A program made the translations under genes and the position numbers. This document shows, piece after piece, positions 25,908-38,792 of a stretch of 64,000 bases of DNA. How positions within the stretch are numbered: the stretch's first letter is position 1; every line of letters begins with the position of its first letter. Where the stretch lies: the NCBI GenBank assembly GCA_951406725.2, contig OX597839.1:16430001-16494000 (forward strand). Direction: 5' to 3'. The DNA is from Octopus vulgaris (Eukaryota). The notes under the pieces were generated by a model. The model worked only from the letters and a program-made list of their open reading frames with translations. It searched no databases and had not been told where the DNA came from.

Positions 25908-26246
25908 GGACGACCAAAGAGTCAGGAGGAGCCGAAAGGAGAGTCAAAGGAAGAACCAAAGGAAGAGGTAAAGGAAGAGTCAAAGAAGGAGCCAAAGGAA
26001 GAGTCAAAGGAAGAGTCAAAGAAGGAGCCAAAGGAAGAGACAAAGGAAAAGCCAAAGGAAGAGTCAAAGGGAGAGTCAAAGGAAGAGTCAAAGAAAGAGT
26101 CAAAGGGAGAATCAAAGGAAGAGTCAAAGAAAGAGTCAAAGGAAGAGCCAAAAGAAGAGCCAAAGGAAGAGTCGAAGGAAGGGCTGAAGGAACAGGAAAA
26201 TAATTCAAATAAACCCAATCAAGACGTTGAAAATTTTGAATTGTCT
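25908..26246 (+). CDS. Candidate internal exon encoding a Lys/Glu-rich KEE(S/P) tetrapeptide repeat; gene unidentified
   Basis: T-rich tract plus CAG acceptor at 25905-25907, GTAAGT donor at 26247; 339 bp, phase 0-0, no stop; GRPKSQEEPKGESKEEPKEEVKEESKKEP...QDVENFELS. Confidence 0.6.
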
Positions 26247-27081
26247 GTAAGTACACTATATATGATAACTTCCATGTCTTCCATATTGAATATGCAATTA
26301 AATGTTCTTATTTCTTTAAGCAAAAAAAGAAAAGTTAATAAAAAAAAATAGAAAAAGCAGTGAGTTATCTCCAACTTTAAAACAACGACAGAATTTTCTA
26401 TAATCTTTAAAGTTACAAATGGCTACAATAACCCCCCCCACCTCCCCTCATAAAATATCAATATCAAATTTCGGCACAAGGCCAGCAAGTTCGGTGGAGT
26501 TGGGGTTGGTTGATTACATTGACCCCCCAGTATGCAACTGGTACTCATTTTATCAACCCCTGCCCCTCTCCACCAAAAGGACGAAAGGCAAAATCAACCT
26601 CAGTGGAATTTGTATCCAGAACGTAGAGACCGACAAAATGCCACTAAGCGTTTTGTCCAGTATGCTAATGACTTTGCAACTCGCCTCCTCCTCCTCTTCC
26701 TACCCATCATCAACTCACTTCTGCCTCCTCCCCCTCCTCATCAAATATTTCCAGTATGTTAATTATTATAAAGGGTAATGCGGTTATCTAATAATGGTTG
26801 TTTCCTAACCATGTGGTCTCAGGTTCAACCACAAGGCTACGGTTGGCCCAAAACAGTTTTTATTACCATTGACTAACACAAAATTATCCTCCTCATCATT
26901 ATCATCGTCATCTGCTCTCCACTCTGGCAGGGGTTGTACGGTTTGACATGAAGCTGGCCAGCCAGGGAGCTGTCCGGACCCCAACAGTCTGTTGTGGCAT
27001 GGTCTCTACAGCTGGATGCCCTTCCTAATGCCAACCACTTAACAGAGTGTGCTGGGTGCTTTTTATGTGTCACCATCACTA

Positions 27082-27682
27082 AGGTGGCGAGCTGGCAGAA
27101 ACGTTAGCGTGCCAGGCGAAATGTGTAATCGTATTTCGTCTGCCGCTACGTTCTGAGTTCAAATTCCGCCGAGGTCAACTTTGCCTTTCATCCTTTCGGG
27201 GACGATTAAATAAGTACCAGTTGTGCACTGGGGTTGATATAATCGACTTAATGCATTTGTCTGTCCTTGTTTGTCCTCTCTGTGTTTAGCCCCTTGTGGG
27301 TAGTAAAGAAATAGGTATTTCGTCTGCTGCTACGTTCTGAGTTCAAATTCCGCCGAGGTCAACTTTGCCTTTCATCCTTTCGGGGACGATTAAATAAGTA
27401 CCAGTTGTGCACTGGGGTTGATATAATCGACTTAATGCATTTGTCTGTCCTTGTTTGTCCTCTCTGTGTTTAGCCCCTTGTGGGTAGTAAAGAAATAGGT
27501 ATTTCGTCTGCTGCTACGTTCTGAGTTCAAATTCCGCCGAGATCGACTTTGCCTTTCATCCTTTCGGGGTCGATTAAATAAGTACCAGTTGTGCACTGGG
27601 GTTGATATAATCGACTTAATGCATTTGTCTGTCCTTGTTTGTCCTCTCTGTGTTTAGCCCCTTGTGGGTAGTAAAGAAATAG
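27082..27682 (+). mobile_element. Head-to-tail SINE-B trimer
   Basis: One full head, then two near-identical ~179-bp repeats joined at AAAGAAATAG|GTATTTCGTCTG. Confidence 0.9.
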
Positions 27683-28011
27683 GTGTGTTTACGCAGCAGC
27701 AACATGGGTGCATTAACACAGCATCAGCAGGGGTGCTTTTTAAGTGGCACCCACACCTGAAAGGACAAGCCTGTAAGTGTGGAAGACAGCAATTTTACTT
27801 AGCTTGATGCGTCTTATCAAGTTAAGCAATTCGTCACATCTCCTGGTCCCTTGTCCTTTCTCCAGTGAAGCCCAGCATCTGAAGATCCTTTCTCACCATC
27901 ATATACTCTTTTACTCTTTTACTTGTTTCAGACATTTGACTGCGGCCATGCTGGAGCACCGCCTTTAATCAAGCAACTCGACCCCGGGACTTATTCTTTG
28001 TAAGCCCAGTA

Positions 28012-28065
28012 TGTGTGTGTGTATGTATGTATGTATGTATGTATGTATGTATGTATGTACGTACA

Positions 28066-28096
<31 letters not shown>

Positions 28097-28890
28097 ACGT
28101 ACATATGTGTGTGTGTGTATGTATGTACGTACGTACGTATGTGTGTGTGTATGTATGTATGTGTGTGTGTATGTATGTATGTATGTGTGTGTATGTGTAT
28201 GTATGTATGTATGTATGTGTGTGTATGTATGTATGTATGTATGTACGTACGTATGTATGTGTGTGTGTGTATGTATGTATGTGTGTATGTATGTATATGT
28301 GTGTGTATGTATGTATGTGTGTGTGTATGTATGTATGTATGTATGTATGTATGTGTGTATGTATGTATGTATGTATTTATGTATGCACATTGTGTGTATA
28401 AACACGTGTGTGCGTGTGTATAGGTGTGGATGAGTAGGTGTAATGACGTGAGTGGCAAAAACACAAGAAAACGAACGTCAAATCATTAAGGTATCGAACC
28501 CGTGAAAGTGGAATCCTTACTTTTTCATTCTTCATTAAAATCAAGCACGGGCCCTTACTTCTCATTCTTCAATAGCTTCTACTACAATGTGGCAGAGAGA
28601 GAGAAAGAGAGAGTAGAGAGAGGGCAAATGAAAGAGAGCGACTGTGTGGGGGAAGTAAGTAGGTCTTATCCAATCATTTCTCTGTTACTTTGCCGCACCT
28701 TCTTTCCTATTTACTTTTGTCGTATTTCATCATTCATACAAATGATTAGGTTTGAAATATGGATCTCATTTTCCCTAAAGTATTCATTGCCGCCTTAACC
28801 CTTTTGTTACCATACTTCGGTAGAAATGTACTCTCTCTCTCTCTCTCTTTTTACTCTTTTACTTGTTTCAGTCATTTGACTGCGGCCATA
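28012..28890 (+). repeat. Local segmental duplication of ~32680-33560
   Basis: (TATG)n plus shared unique sequence GCACATTGTGTGTATAAACACG...GGTAGAAATGTACTCTC; the 33 kb copy has extra 9-bp and 72-bp segments. Confidence 0.9.
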
Positions 28891-29064
28891 CTGGAGCACC
28901 GCCTTTAATCAAGCAACTCGACCCCGGGACTTATTCTTTGTAAGCCCAGTACTTATTCCATCGGTCTCTTTATGCCGAACTGCTAAGTGATGGGGACATA
29001 AACACACCAGCATCAGTTGTCAAGCAATGCTAGGGGGACAGACACAGACACACAAACATACACG

Positions 29065-29116
<52 letters not shown>

Positions 29117-29409
29117 TACGATGGGTTTCTTTCAGTTTCCGTCTACCAAATCCACTCACAAGGCTTTGGTCAGCCCGAGGCTATAGTAGAAGATACTTTC
29201 CCAAGGTGCCACGCAGTGGGACTGAACCCGGAACCATACAGCCACTCCTGCACCTATATATATATTATTTTTATACTTCTTTTACTCATTCCAGTCATGT
29301 GACTGCAGCCATAATGGAGCATAACCTTGAAGGATTTTAGTCGAACAAACTGACCCCAGGATTTATTTAGGCCTAGTACTTATTCTATCAGTCTCTTTTG
29401 CCAAACTGC

Positions 29410-30915
29410 TAAGCTTGCCCTTATAACTGAATCACTACCAGAACTAGAGAAATTTCATGTGTGGAAGCAAGGTCTTGAATCAAAGGGCCTTAGAGTTAAC
29501 CTAGCAAAAACCAAAGCCTTACTAAGTATGAAGGCAGACAAGTCACAAATCCCTTCAGGTAGATGGCCCTGCTCAGTCTGTAGAAAAGGCATAGGTAGAA
29601 ATTCCATAAGATGTACCTGGTGTAAGCTATGGACACATAAGAGGTACAGCAATATCAACGGAAGCTTAACAGGGAAAATAGATTTTGTGTGTGGAAGGTG
29701 CACAGGTACAATTAACACTAAAAATAAACAGAAAATAGATTCCATCATGTGCCAGGAGATTAAAATAAGTGACCAGGTCAGTAGCAGGGGTGGATGATCT
29801 GAGAGTATAGCTGCTAGAATATGAACAGGCTGGGCAAAGTTCAAAGAACTCCTACCTTTGCTGGTAACAAAGGGCCTCTCCTTCAGAGTGAAAGGCAGAC
29901 TGTATTATGCCTGCCTGTGTGCGAACAGCCATGCTACACAGCAGTGAAACAAGGGCCTTGACTGTCGAGGACACATGTAGGCTTGTAAGAAACAAAGCTA
30001 ATATGCTTTGCTGGATGTGTAAAGTCAGTGTGCATGCACGACAGAGTGTAAGCGTCCTGAGAGAAAAGTTGGGCATAAGAGGCATCAGATGTGGTGTGCA
30101 AGGGAGATGACTGTGTTGGTAGGGTCATGTGATGTGTGTGAGGACAGCTGTGTGAAGAAGTGCTGATCTCTAACTGCGGAGGGAACCTCTGTTAGAGGTA
30201 GACCCAGGAAGACATGAGACGAGGTGGTGAAGCATGATCTCCGAAGCAATGACAAGTGACCGAGACCTTTGGCAATATGCTGTGCTTGAGAACACCCATC
30301 AAGTGAAGTGAGATTGTAGTCTTGGCCAATGCCAGTGTCACATAACTGGCCCTTTAAAAGCCCCCTTCAAACATTGAATGATATGCTGTGCTTGTAAAGA
30401 AGTGTCAAGCAAAGTGATATCATAATCGTGGCTGATACCAGTGCCGTCTGACTGGCACCTGTGCTGGTGGCAATGTAAAAAGCACCGGTCAAGCAATGGG
30501 CCTCATGGAGGCAGTGACAGGTGACTGAGACCTTTGATGATATACCATGCTTGTGTAGACCTGTTATGCCAAGTGAGACCATAGACACGACCGATGTCGG
30601 TGTTAGGTTGGTGGCATGCAAAAGCATCCGCTGCCCTCTCGGAGTGGTTGGCATTACTCATTTTATGCCACCCCCCCATGCAAAAGATGATGTATTTTAA
30701 TAGCATTCATTTCTGTTAGTAAATATGCATTTTCCTTACACACATGCACACACACTCTCGCTAAGTGTAGAGGGAGCGAGGGAGAGAGGACTACCCATTG
30801 AAACTTTGCCAAATCAGATTGGAACCTGGTGCAGCTTCCCGGCTTACCAGTTTTCAGCCAAACCGTCCAACCCATGCCAGCATGGAAAGTAGACGTTAAA
30901 TGATGATGATGATGA
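29410..30915 (+). mobile_element. 5'-truncated RTE LINE with a Cys/His finger in the RT C-terminal region, 3' UTR and (GAT)n tail
   Basis: WKQGLESKGLRVNLAKTK..WPCSVCRKGIGRNSIRCTWCKLWTHKR..FVCGRC..GWAKFKELLPLL..VRTAMLHSSET..LREKLGIRGI; multiple stops. Confidence 0.85.
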
Positions 30916-33900
30916 ATAAAAATCAGATCAAAGTTGAGAAAAAATTTGAAAAAAGAGGACCTGAATACCACTTGACTATGTTTTGGACTCTCTCAACTTC
31001 AGCAACAACTATGCAGACTATTTTGTCTCCTAAAAATGATGCAATACTTGTGATGTAAAGATTTCCAAAATACTGAAAAAATCAAAAGTTACTCATTTGG
31101 CCCCAGTTATTCATTTTATGCCGCCCTCCCATGCAAAAGATGATATATTTTAATAGCATTCATTTCTGTTAGTAAATATGCTTTTTCCTTACACATATGC
31201 ATACACACTCTCACTAAGTGTAGAGGGAGCGAGGGAGAGAGGACCACCCTTGGGCGCAGCATCATTCCATTAAATGCGTTTATGGGGACATCAATATCCG
31301 CCAGAGTGGCAAATATACAAGGAAAGTATGACAGATATGCTAAAAACAACAGCTAAACCTCAGGATTTGTGGGGTGGGGAAATTTCAATCAAAAAAAATT
31401 TTTTTTTTTTGTAATCGAAAGAGGTCCAGACTGTAGAACACAAATTTGCAAAACTTTTTTGAAAATAGCAAATACTAAAATAGTTACATGGTGTGTCTGT
31501 TACACAATGTACTTCAATCCTGAACTAATAACAGGCTGTGCGCATGCACAAAATTTTTTTTTTTCACGTTTTATAATTTTCAATTTAGATTTCAAAAATT
31601 GTTTTGAAAATATAAAGACAAACAAATTGCAGATTCAGAGTGTCCGTATTTTAAAACTACCTTTAAAAAAAACGGCATTTAAAAATTTTAAATTCCCCTA
31701 CCTCATCAAAATTCTTTAATTTTCACTTTCTTCAGATTTTTTTTTTTTTTTTTTTTTGCGAAATACGTAGAAAATACAGGAATTTGAAAATTTTTAAATG
31801 CCGTTTGGAAAGACCCTGGCTTTTTTGTTTTTCTTTTTTCTTTTGCAGAATCAGAATCTCTGTATTCGAAAATAGGGGATTCTAAAAAAAAAAATAAATA
31901 ATACCTAAAAGGGGTGCTGCGGTCCACATTCTTTACGTCCGCCTCGTAATGTATTTGTAGAAATTATTTGTAGAAAATTTCATATAAAAATATCTATTTT
32001 CCTGAAAGTTCCGCGGAAACAAAGTTGGTGCGGGGCAGTCTTACCTCGTAACGCAACAACTTACGGGTACGGCCCTTCTCTGTGTGGCATCTTAAACATG
32101 TGTGTTTTACTATAACCCCGGGATCTTTTGTTCGGCTGCAACCTGAAGAAATTGAAAAGTGGCAGCCAAAGAAGAAAGATCCCATACGGCGGGGGTGTGT
32201 ACTCGAAAACCGAGAGTAGCGATATGCCGTGTCAGCGATGAGGGCAATACTTTCGATGGTGGTCTAGCCTGTTCATTTTCACGACAGGTCACCTACCGTG
32301 GCATTGATAGTGCGTCATCTGGACCAAAGGTTCTCAACCCATTTTGGCCAAAGTCACAAATGCCCTTATCCCACCCCGAAAATATTTTTAGAGTCACAAA
32401 TGGCGCTCCTTGAAAAATTTCTTTTTCTTTTTCAATATACTACTTATTTTCATATCAGCGGATTATGATTAAAAAATAAAAGGACGTCGTTTTACATATT
32501 TCTACCTGCCGGCCACAGTCGCCGTACCGTTATGATACGGTGACGTAAACAAACGAACAATGTCATGCGGTAGCGAGGAAGAAACACGAACACATACATG
32601 CATGCATGCATGCATACAAACGTACACACACACACACACACGGGTTCTATGAGTTTCTTTCAGTTTCTGTTCCCACAGAACTTGTATGTGTGTATGTGTG
32701 TATGTATGTATGTATGTATGTATGTATGTATGTACGTACGTACGTATGTATGTGTGTGTGTATGTATGTATGTATGTACGTACGTACGTACGTATGTGCG
32801 CGCGTATGTATGTATGTATGTATGTATGTATGTGTGTGTGTGTATGTATGTATGTATGTACGTACGTACGTATGTATGTGTGTGTGTATGTATGTATGTA
32901 TATGTGTGTATGTATGTATGTGTGTGTGTATGTATGTATGTATGTGTGTATGTATGTATGTATGTATTTATGTATGCACATTGTGTGTATAAACACGTGT
33001 GTGCGTGTGTATAGGTGTGGATGAGTAGGTGTAGTCAGTGCAATGACGTGAGTGGCAAAAACACAAGAAAACGAACGTCAAATCATTAAGGTATCGAACC
33101 CGTGAAAGTGGAATCCTTACTTTTTCATTCTTCATTAAAATCAAGCACGGGCCCTTACTTCTCATTCTTCAATAGCTTCTACTACAATGTGGCAGAGAGA
33201 GAGAAAGAGAGAGAAGAGAGAGGGCAAATGAAAGAGAGCGACTGTGTGGGGGAAGTAAGTAGGTCGTTTAATAAGCGCTTGCAAGTCGTTTCGCCCAGCA
33301 TTTTGCGAGGAAGGCGAGACTTGAAGGTTTGTCGACTTTATCCAATCATTTCTCTGTTACTTTGCCGCACCTTCTTTCCTATTTACTTTTGTCGTATTTC
33401 ATCATTCATACAAATGATTAGGTTTGAAATATGGATCTCATTTTCCCTAAAGTATTCATTGCCGCCTTAACCCTTTTGTTACCATACTTCGGTAGAAATG
33501 TACTCTCTCTCTCTCTCTTTTTACTCTTTTACTTGTTTCAGTCATTTGACTGCGGCCATACTGGAGCACCGCCTTTAGTCGAGCAAATCGACCCCGGGAC
33601 TTATTCTTTGTAAGCCCAGTACTTATTCTATTGGTCTCTTTTTAAGTGACGGAGACGTAAACACACCATCATCGGTTGTCAAGCAATGCTAGAGGGACAA
33701 ACACAGACACACACATACAAATATATTTCAGTTTCCGTCTACCAAATCCACTCACAAGGCTTTGGTAGGCCCGAGGCTATAGCAGAAGACACTTGCCCAA
33801 GATGCCACGCAGTGGGACTGAACCCAGAACCATGTGGTTGGTTAGCAAGCTACTTACTACAACCCACTCCTGCGCCTTTATTTTTAAAATTAATTTTGAA

Positions 33901-34207
33901 AATAATGAAGTATTCTGTAAAATAACTTAAGTCATTATTAAGCTGGTGTTTTAGAACATGATTTTAACTTGAAATTTTGATAGAGGTTTTTAGATTACTT
34001 CGAACTTTTTTGTTTTCTATATTTCTGTTAAACTACACCGCTTTGGTTTAAATTTTGAATATAATGAGAGAATCTAGTAAAATAACTTTGTCTTTATCAA
34101 TCTGGTTGTTTATATTATGATTTCAACATGAAATTTTGATAAAATGTTTCAACTTGGATCACTTCAATGAAAGCAAGTTTCTGTCCCCACAGAACTTACA
34201 TACATTC

Positions 34208-34240
<33 letters not shown>

Positions 34241-35610
34241 TGTATGTATGTATGTATGTATGTATGTATGTACGTATGTATGTATGTACGTATGTATGTA
34301 CGTATGTATGTACGTATGTATGTATGTGTGTGTGTGTATGTATGTATGTACGTATGTATGTACGTACGTATGTATGTGTGTGTATGTATGTGTGTGTGTA
34401 TGTATGTGTGTTGTGTGTGTGTATGTACGTATGTGTGTGTTAGTATAACAATAAAAAAGGTTGTAAAGATAAACGGGAAACGGGGTCACATGGGGGTAAA
34501 TCCTTTATAGGGTATATTTGTGGCGGGAAAGGTTTAATTGTAATAATAATAAAAAAGAAAAGATGAAGAATAGGTTGACAGTGCAATGTCGACAACATAC
34601 ATACAACATATATAATTTTTTAAAGGTCAAAAATGAAAAGTTTTGGATGCAGAAGGACTTCGAGACATCGGCACTTCAAACGTAACATTGAAAGCATGCA
34701 TATACTACACACTTGTAGGCATAAATACATAGTCTATTGTACAGGCATTGCTTACTAATCTATGCCGAGGCTCTTTGTATTTTATGTATGAGTTATAAAT
34801 ATATCTACTACTGCTTTCTCCTTTACTGAAATGTTATATGTATCTATTTGGGCAAAACGTGTGCGCGCGCGGGCGTATGTTGTTCCTAAAGCAGAAAAAG
34901 CGCACATTGAGTATGGGAAATACAGGGGTTATATTTATATATATATATCTTATAAGGGTCCCACTTATCACCATGTTTGAAGAAGTACACTAATCGACCC
35001 GAAACTGACAGCAATATTCGGTCCATTATATGCTATAATGAGTGGGACGACCTTCGTTTTCAGTTATTTTCCCCCAGATTTTTTTTTTTTTACAATTACC
35101 CCTGCAGATATTTGTGCCTAAAACAAAGATCACCAGAATACTTACCTATCTACACTCACACTATCATTTCTGCTATAAACTTTATTATACCTGTCCAGGT
35201 GCGCGATGCCTCACGCTCTATTTCTCCCTCCAACTTTCTTTCAATCATCATTTCGCCATTTGCTTTCCTCTTCCTTTATATCCCCTTAGTTTTTCATACC
35301 CTACTTTTCTAGCTGCTTTCAATTCCTTAGCAAGCAACAGAACGAAGCCCTTTTTTTTTCTTTTCCTTTTTTTTTTTTGCGGGTAAAGGATACTTAAATA
35401 ACAGGGGCGCCTATATTTTTTGCCCTCGTTGTTTCATTGTATATGTTGCGCTCGTATGGCTTGGTACGTACGTACATACACATATTTACATATTTTCACA
35501 CGCACGTTTTAACATGATATTTCAAAGGATCATCGCATAAATATGTATATTTGTCTACGCATGTATGCATACACACACACACACACACACATACATAGAC
35601 TGATAGATAG

Positions 35611-35644
<34 letters not shown>

Positions 35645-35924
35645 ACAGACAGATAGATAGATAGACTGATAGAGAGACGGATAGATATATAGATAGATAG
35701 ATACACACATATATGTATATGAGAAGTATTGGTATCTAGAAGGCCCAAAGAGTGTCAGGTAACGTTAAGTGCTACGGACAGACCGTAGTTAAACTCCTGG
35801 TTCGATAGTGAAACGAGTGAGGAGTCTAATGTAGGTCTTGTATTAGCATGCATGTATATATATTAGAGAGAATGAAATAAGAAAGCCAAGACTAAGAGTT
35901 TTTCAAGACATTTATAAGGAAATA

Positions 35925-35972
35925 ATCTTACAGCTGTTTCTGGGATATTATGGTTATCCCTTCATCTGAGAT
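35925..35972 (-). ncRNA. Minimal hammerhead-like motif (U4A variant)
   Basis: ATCT-CAGATGA-A-GGGATA(7 nt)TATCCC-A-GAAA-CAGCTG-TA-AGAT; 6-bp stem II, palindromic ACAGCTGT stem III. Confidence 0.6.
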
Positions 35973-36006
35973 GATGTGAGGTTACACCGTCTCATTCTAA
36001 TATATA

Positions 36007-36063
<57 letters not shown>

Positions 36064-36066
<3 letters not shown>

Positions 36067-36292
36067 GGAGTAAACACATAAATGTGAAACAAGGTGGAAA
36101 AAAAGAGTTCTCAAATACCAGTGGTAGAGTAATATGCTTTATTTAAAGCAGCAGAAAATTCAACAAAACCTGTTACTCTGAGTTTCTTGTTGCCGTTCGT
36201 CGGACAGTTTTTGTTAGAAAACTGTCTGATGAACGGCAACGAGAAACTCAGAGTAACAGGTTGTGTTGAATTTTCTGCTGCTTTAAATAAAG
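36064..36292. mobile_element. (TA)n-embedded fold-back element with hammerhead motifs on both strands
   Basis: Inverted arms 36137-36292; + motif at 36222-36259 CTGT-CTGATGA-ACGGCAACGA-GAAA-CTCAGAG-TA-ACAG; - motif at 36170-36207 with CCGACGA core; relatives at 51438-51590 and 51645-51862. Confidence 0.75.
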
Positions 36293-36798
36293 TATATATA
36301 TATTCGAACGGTGTTTTCGGGTGATTATAGTCCCTGCCAATGTATATGTATGCAATTACGTGCTTTAACTACAACATTAGATCATTTTAGCTCTTATTTC
36401 TAGCAATGTAGTTGTCTCAAACACCCTAGTCATATCTAGTGACAATTATAATCTTCACTTTTGATAAATCATTGCCTACTGCTGTCTGTATTAATCATAT
36501 TTATACACTGTCGTCCGTCCACTAACGGTCTCGTTTTGTTTTGTTTTGGTCCCATTTCCCGGCAAAACTAATGTTGGGGTGTTTACATCCCCGTAACTTA
36601 GCGGTTCGGCAAAAGAGGCCGATAGAATACGTACTAGGCTTACAAAGAATAAGACCCGGGTTCGATTTGTTCGATTAAAGGCGCTGCTCCAGCATGGCCG
36701 CAGTCAAATGACAAACAAATAAAAGTGTATATATACATATATATCTTTATAAACTATGTAATTATTTTAAGAAGATATATATATCTTTATAAAAGATA

Positions 36799-36854
<56 letters not shown>

Positions 36855-37342
36855 TATACACATATATATATACATATATATATGTACACACACACACACA
36901 CACGTGTGTGTGTATTGTGGGACCATTTATTTGACACGTAATAGTCTGTTATTTGCTTAACACGTCCACACCTCCATTATTGAATCGATTTACTTGATTT
37001 ACAAGAAATGAGACAACTCAACTTCTCTCATATAAACACATCTATCTTAAAAAATGGTTATTTTTTAATGAAATTTTCTACAAATGGTGTAGTTTCCAAC
37101 TATATCGGAATGTGTGGTGAAAATTTTTTCAGAGTGTGAGGATTTTCAGAAAATTCACAAAAATTAGCTTTGTTTACTTGTAACTTTCAGAAAAAAAATG
37201 GGCAAATTTTTTCAAGGTTGACATGAGTTTCAACACCCTATAGCTTTGTTATTAACCAGAAGATGTTAAAATACAGAACGAGAAGTATACACACACACAT
37301 ACTCCATTTGATGAAAGGTATCGCAGTTATTATTTATTATTA

Positions 37343-37990
37343 AGGCAGCGAGCTAGCAGAATCATTAGCACGCCGGGCGAAATGCTTTGCGGTATTTCGC
37401 CCGTCGCTATGATCTGAGTTCAAATTCCTCCGAGATCGACTTTACCTTTCATCCTTTCGGGGTCGATGAAATTAAGTACCAGTGAAACACTGAGGTCGAT
37501 GTAATCGACTAGTCCCCTCCCTACAAATTTCAGGCTTTGTACCTATAGTGGAAAAGATTATTAAGGCGGTGACACGCCTTAATCGGTAGCACGCTGAACG
37601 AAATGCTTAGCGTTGTGTCGCCCGTTGCTATGTTCTAAGATCAAATTCCGCCGAGGTTGACTTTGCCTATCATCCTTTCGGAGTCGATTAAATAAGTACC
37701 AGCTGAGCACTGGGGTCGATGTAATCGTTTTACCCCCTCCCCCAAATGTCAGGCTTTGTGCCTTCAGCAGAAAGGATTATTATTATTATTATTTGGCGGC
37801 GGGTTGACAGAATTGTTAGCACGCCGGGCAAAATACTGAGCGGCATTTCATTCGTCTTTATGTTCTGAGATCAAATTCCGCCGGTATCCGCTTTACCTTT
37901 TATCCTTTCAGGATCGATAAAATAAGTACCAGTTGTGTACTGAAGGATCCATCTCCCCCAAATTCCAGGCCTTGTGTCTATAGTACAAAG
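37343..37990 (+). mobile_element. Three tandem SINE-B variants with (ATT)n tails
   Basis: Three successive heads at ~37343, ~37563 and ~37795. Confidence 0.75.
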
Positions 37991-38304
37991 GATTATTATT
38001 ATTGCTTATAATATATAAAAGCTTCGAGTTGGCAGGATTGCTAGTGTCGAAAGAAAAGAAAGAAAAAAAAGCAATGCCTTGTGTTATTTGTTCCAGCTCT
38101 TTACATTCTGGGTTCAAACCTCACCTTTGTAGCAACCTTGAAGGTAGGGGATGAAGTACCAGTCTATGTACTGAGCCCTATGATAGGGACCTACTACCCT
38201 TCCTTTAGAGTACTTGTTTTGTGCCTTAATTATTATATGATCGACGCCACGCATCCTTTTCCAAGTAAGTTTTATCTATCTATCTATATACATATATATA
38301 TATA

Positions 38305-38363
<59 letters not shown>

Positions 38364-38735
38364 GCGTGTGTATGTATATATGTCGATAGGTGCTAGCCCT
38401 AGCTGGTGGGGGTACTTGCCTCCCCTTCGCAAATATAAGGACACAGGGAATGTGTCAAAGCCGAGCTAAATAGCGGTGGTGTAATTCCCTTTACGGGACT
38501 GTCACGTTAAGTTGACAGTATACAACCACTAAATATATATATATATGGTGGTTGGCGATTTTTTTCCTCTGTCTTCCCTTCTCTGGATCTTTCCTTCTCT
38601 TATATTTCCGACGAAGAGCTTCGCTCGAAACGTTAAACCCTCCTTGTTTCCTTCTTTCCTGAGCGTCCAATAATACTATATTTGTTCCACGTCCTCGCAT
38701 TGTGTTTTTTTGTGCTTTCTTGCTTGTTTGGATTA

Positions 38736-38792
<57 letters not shown>

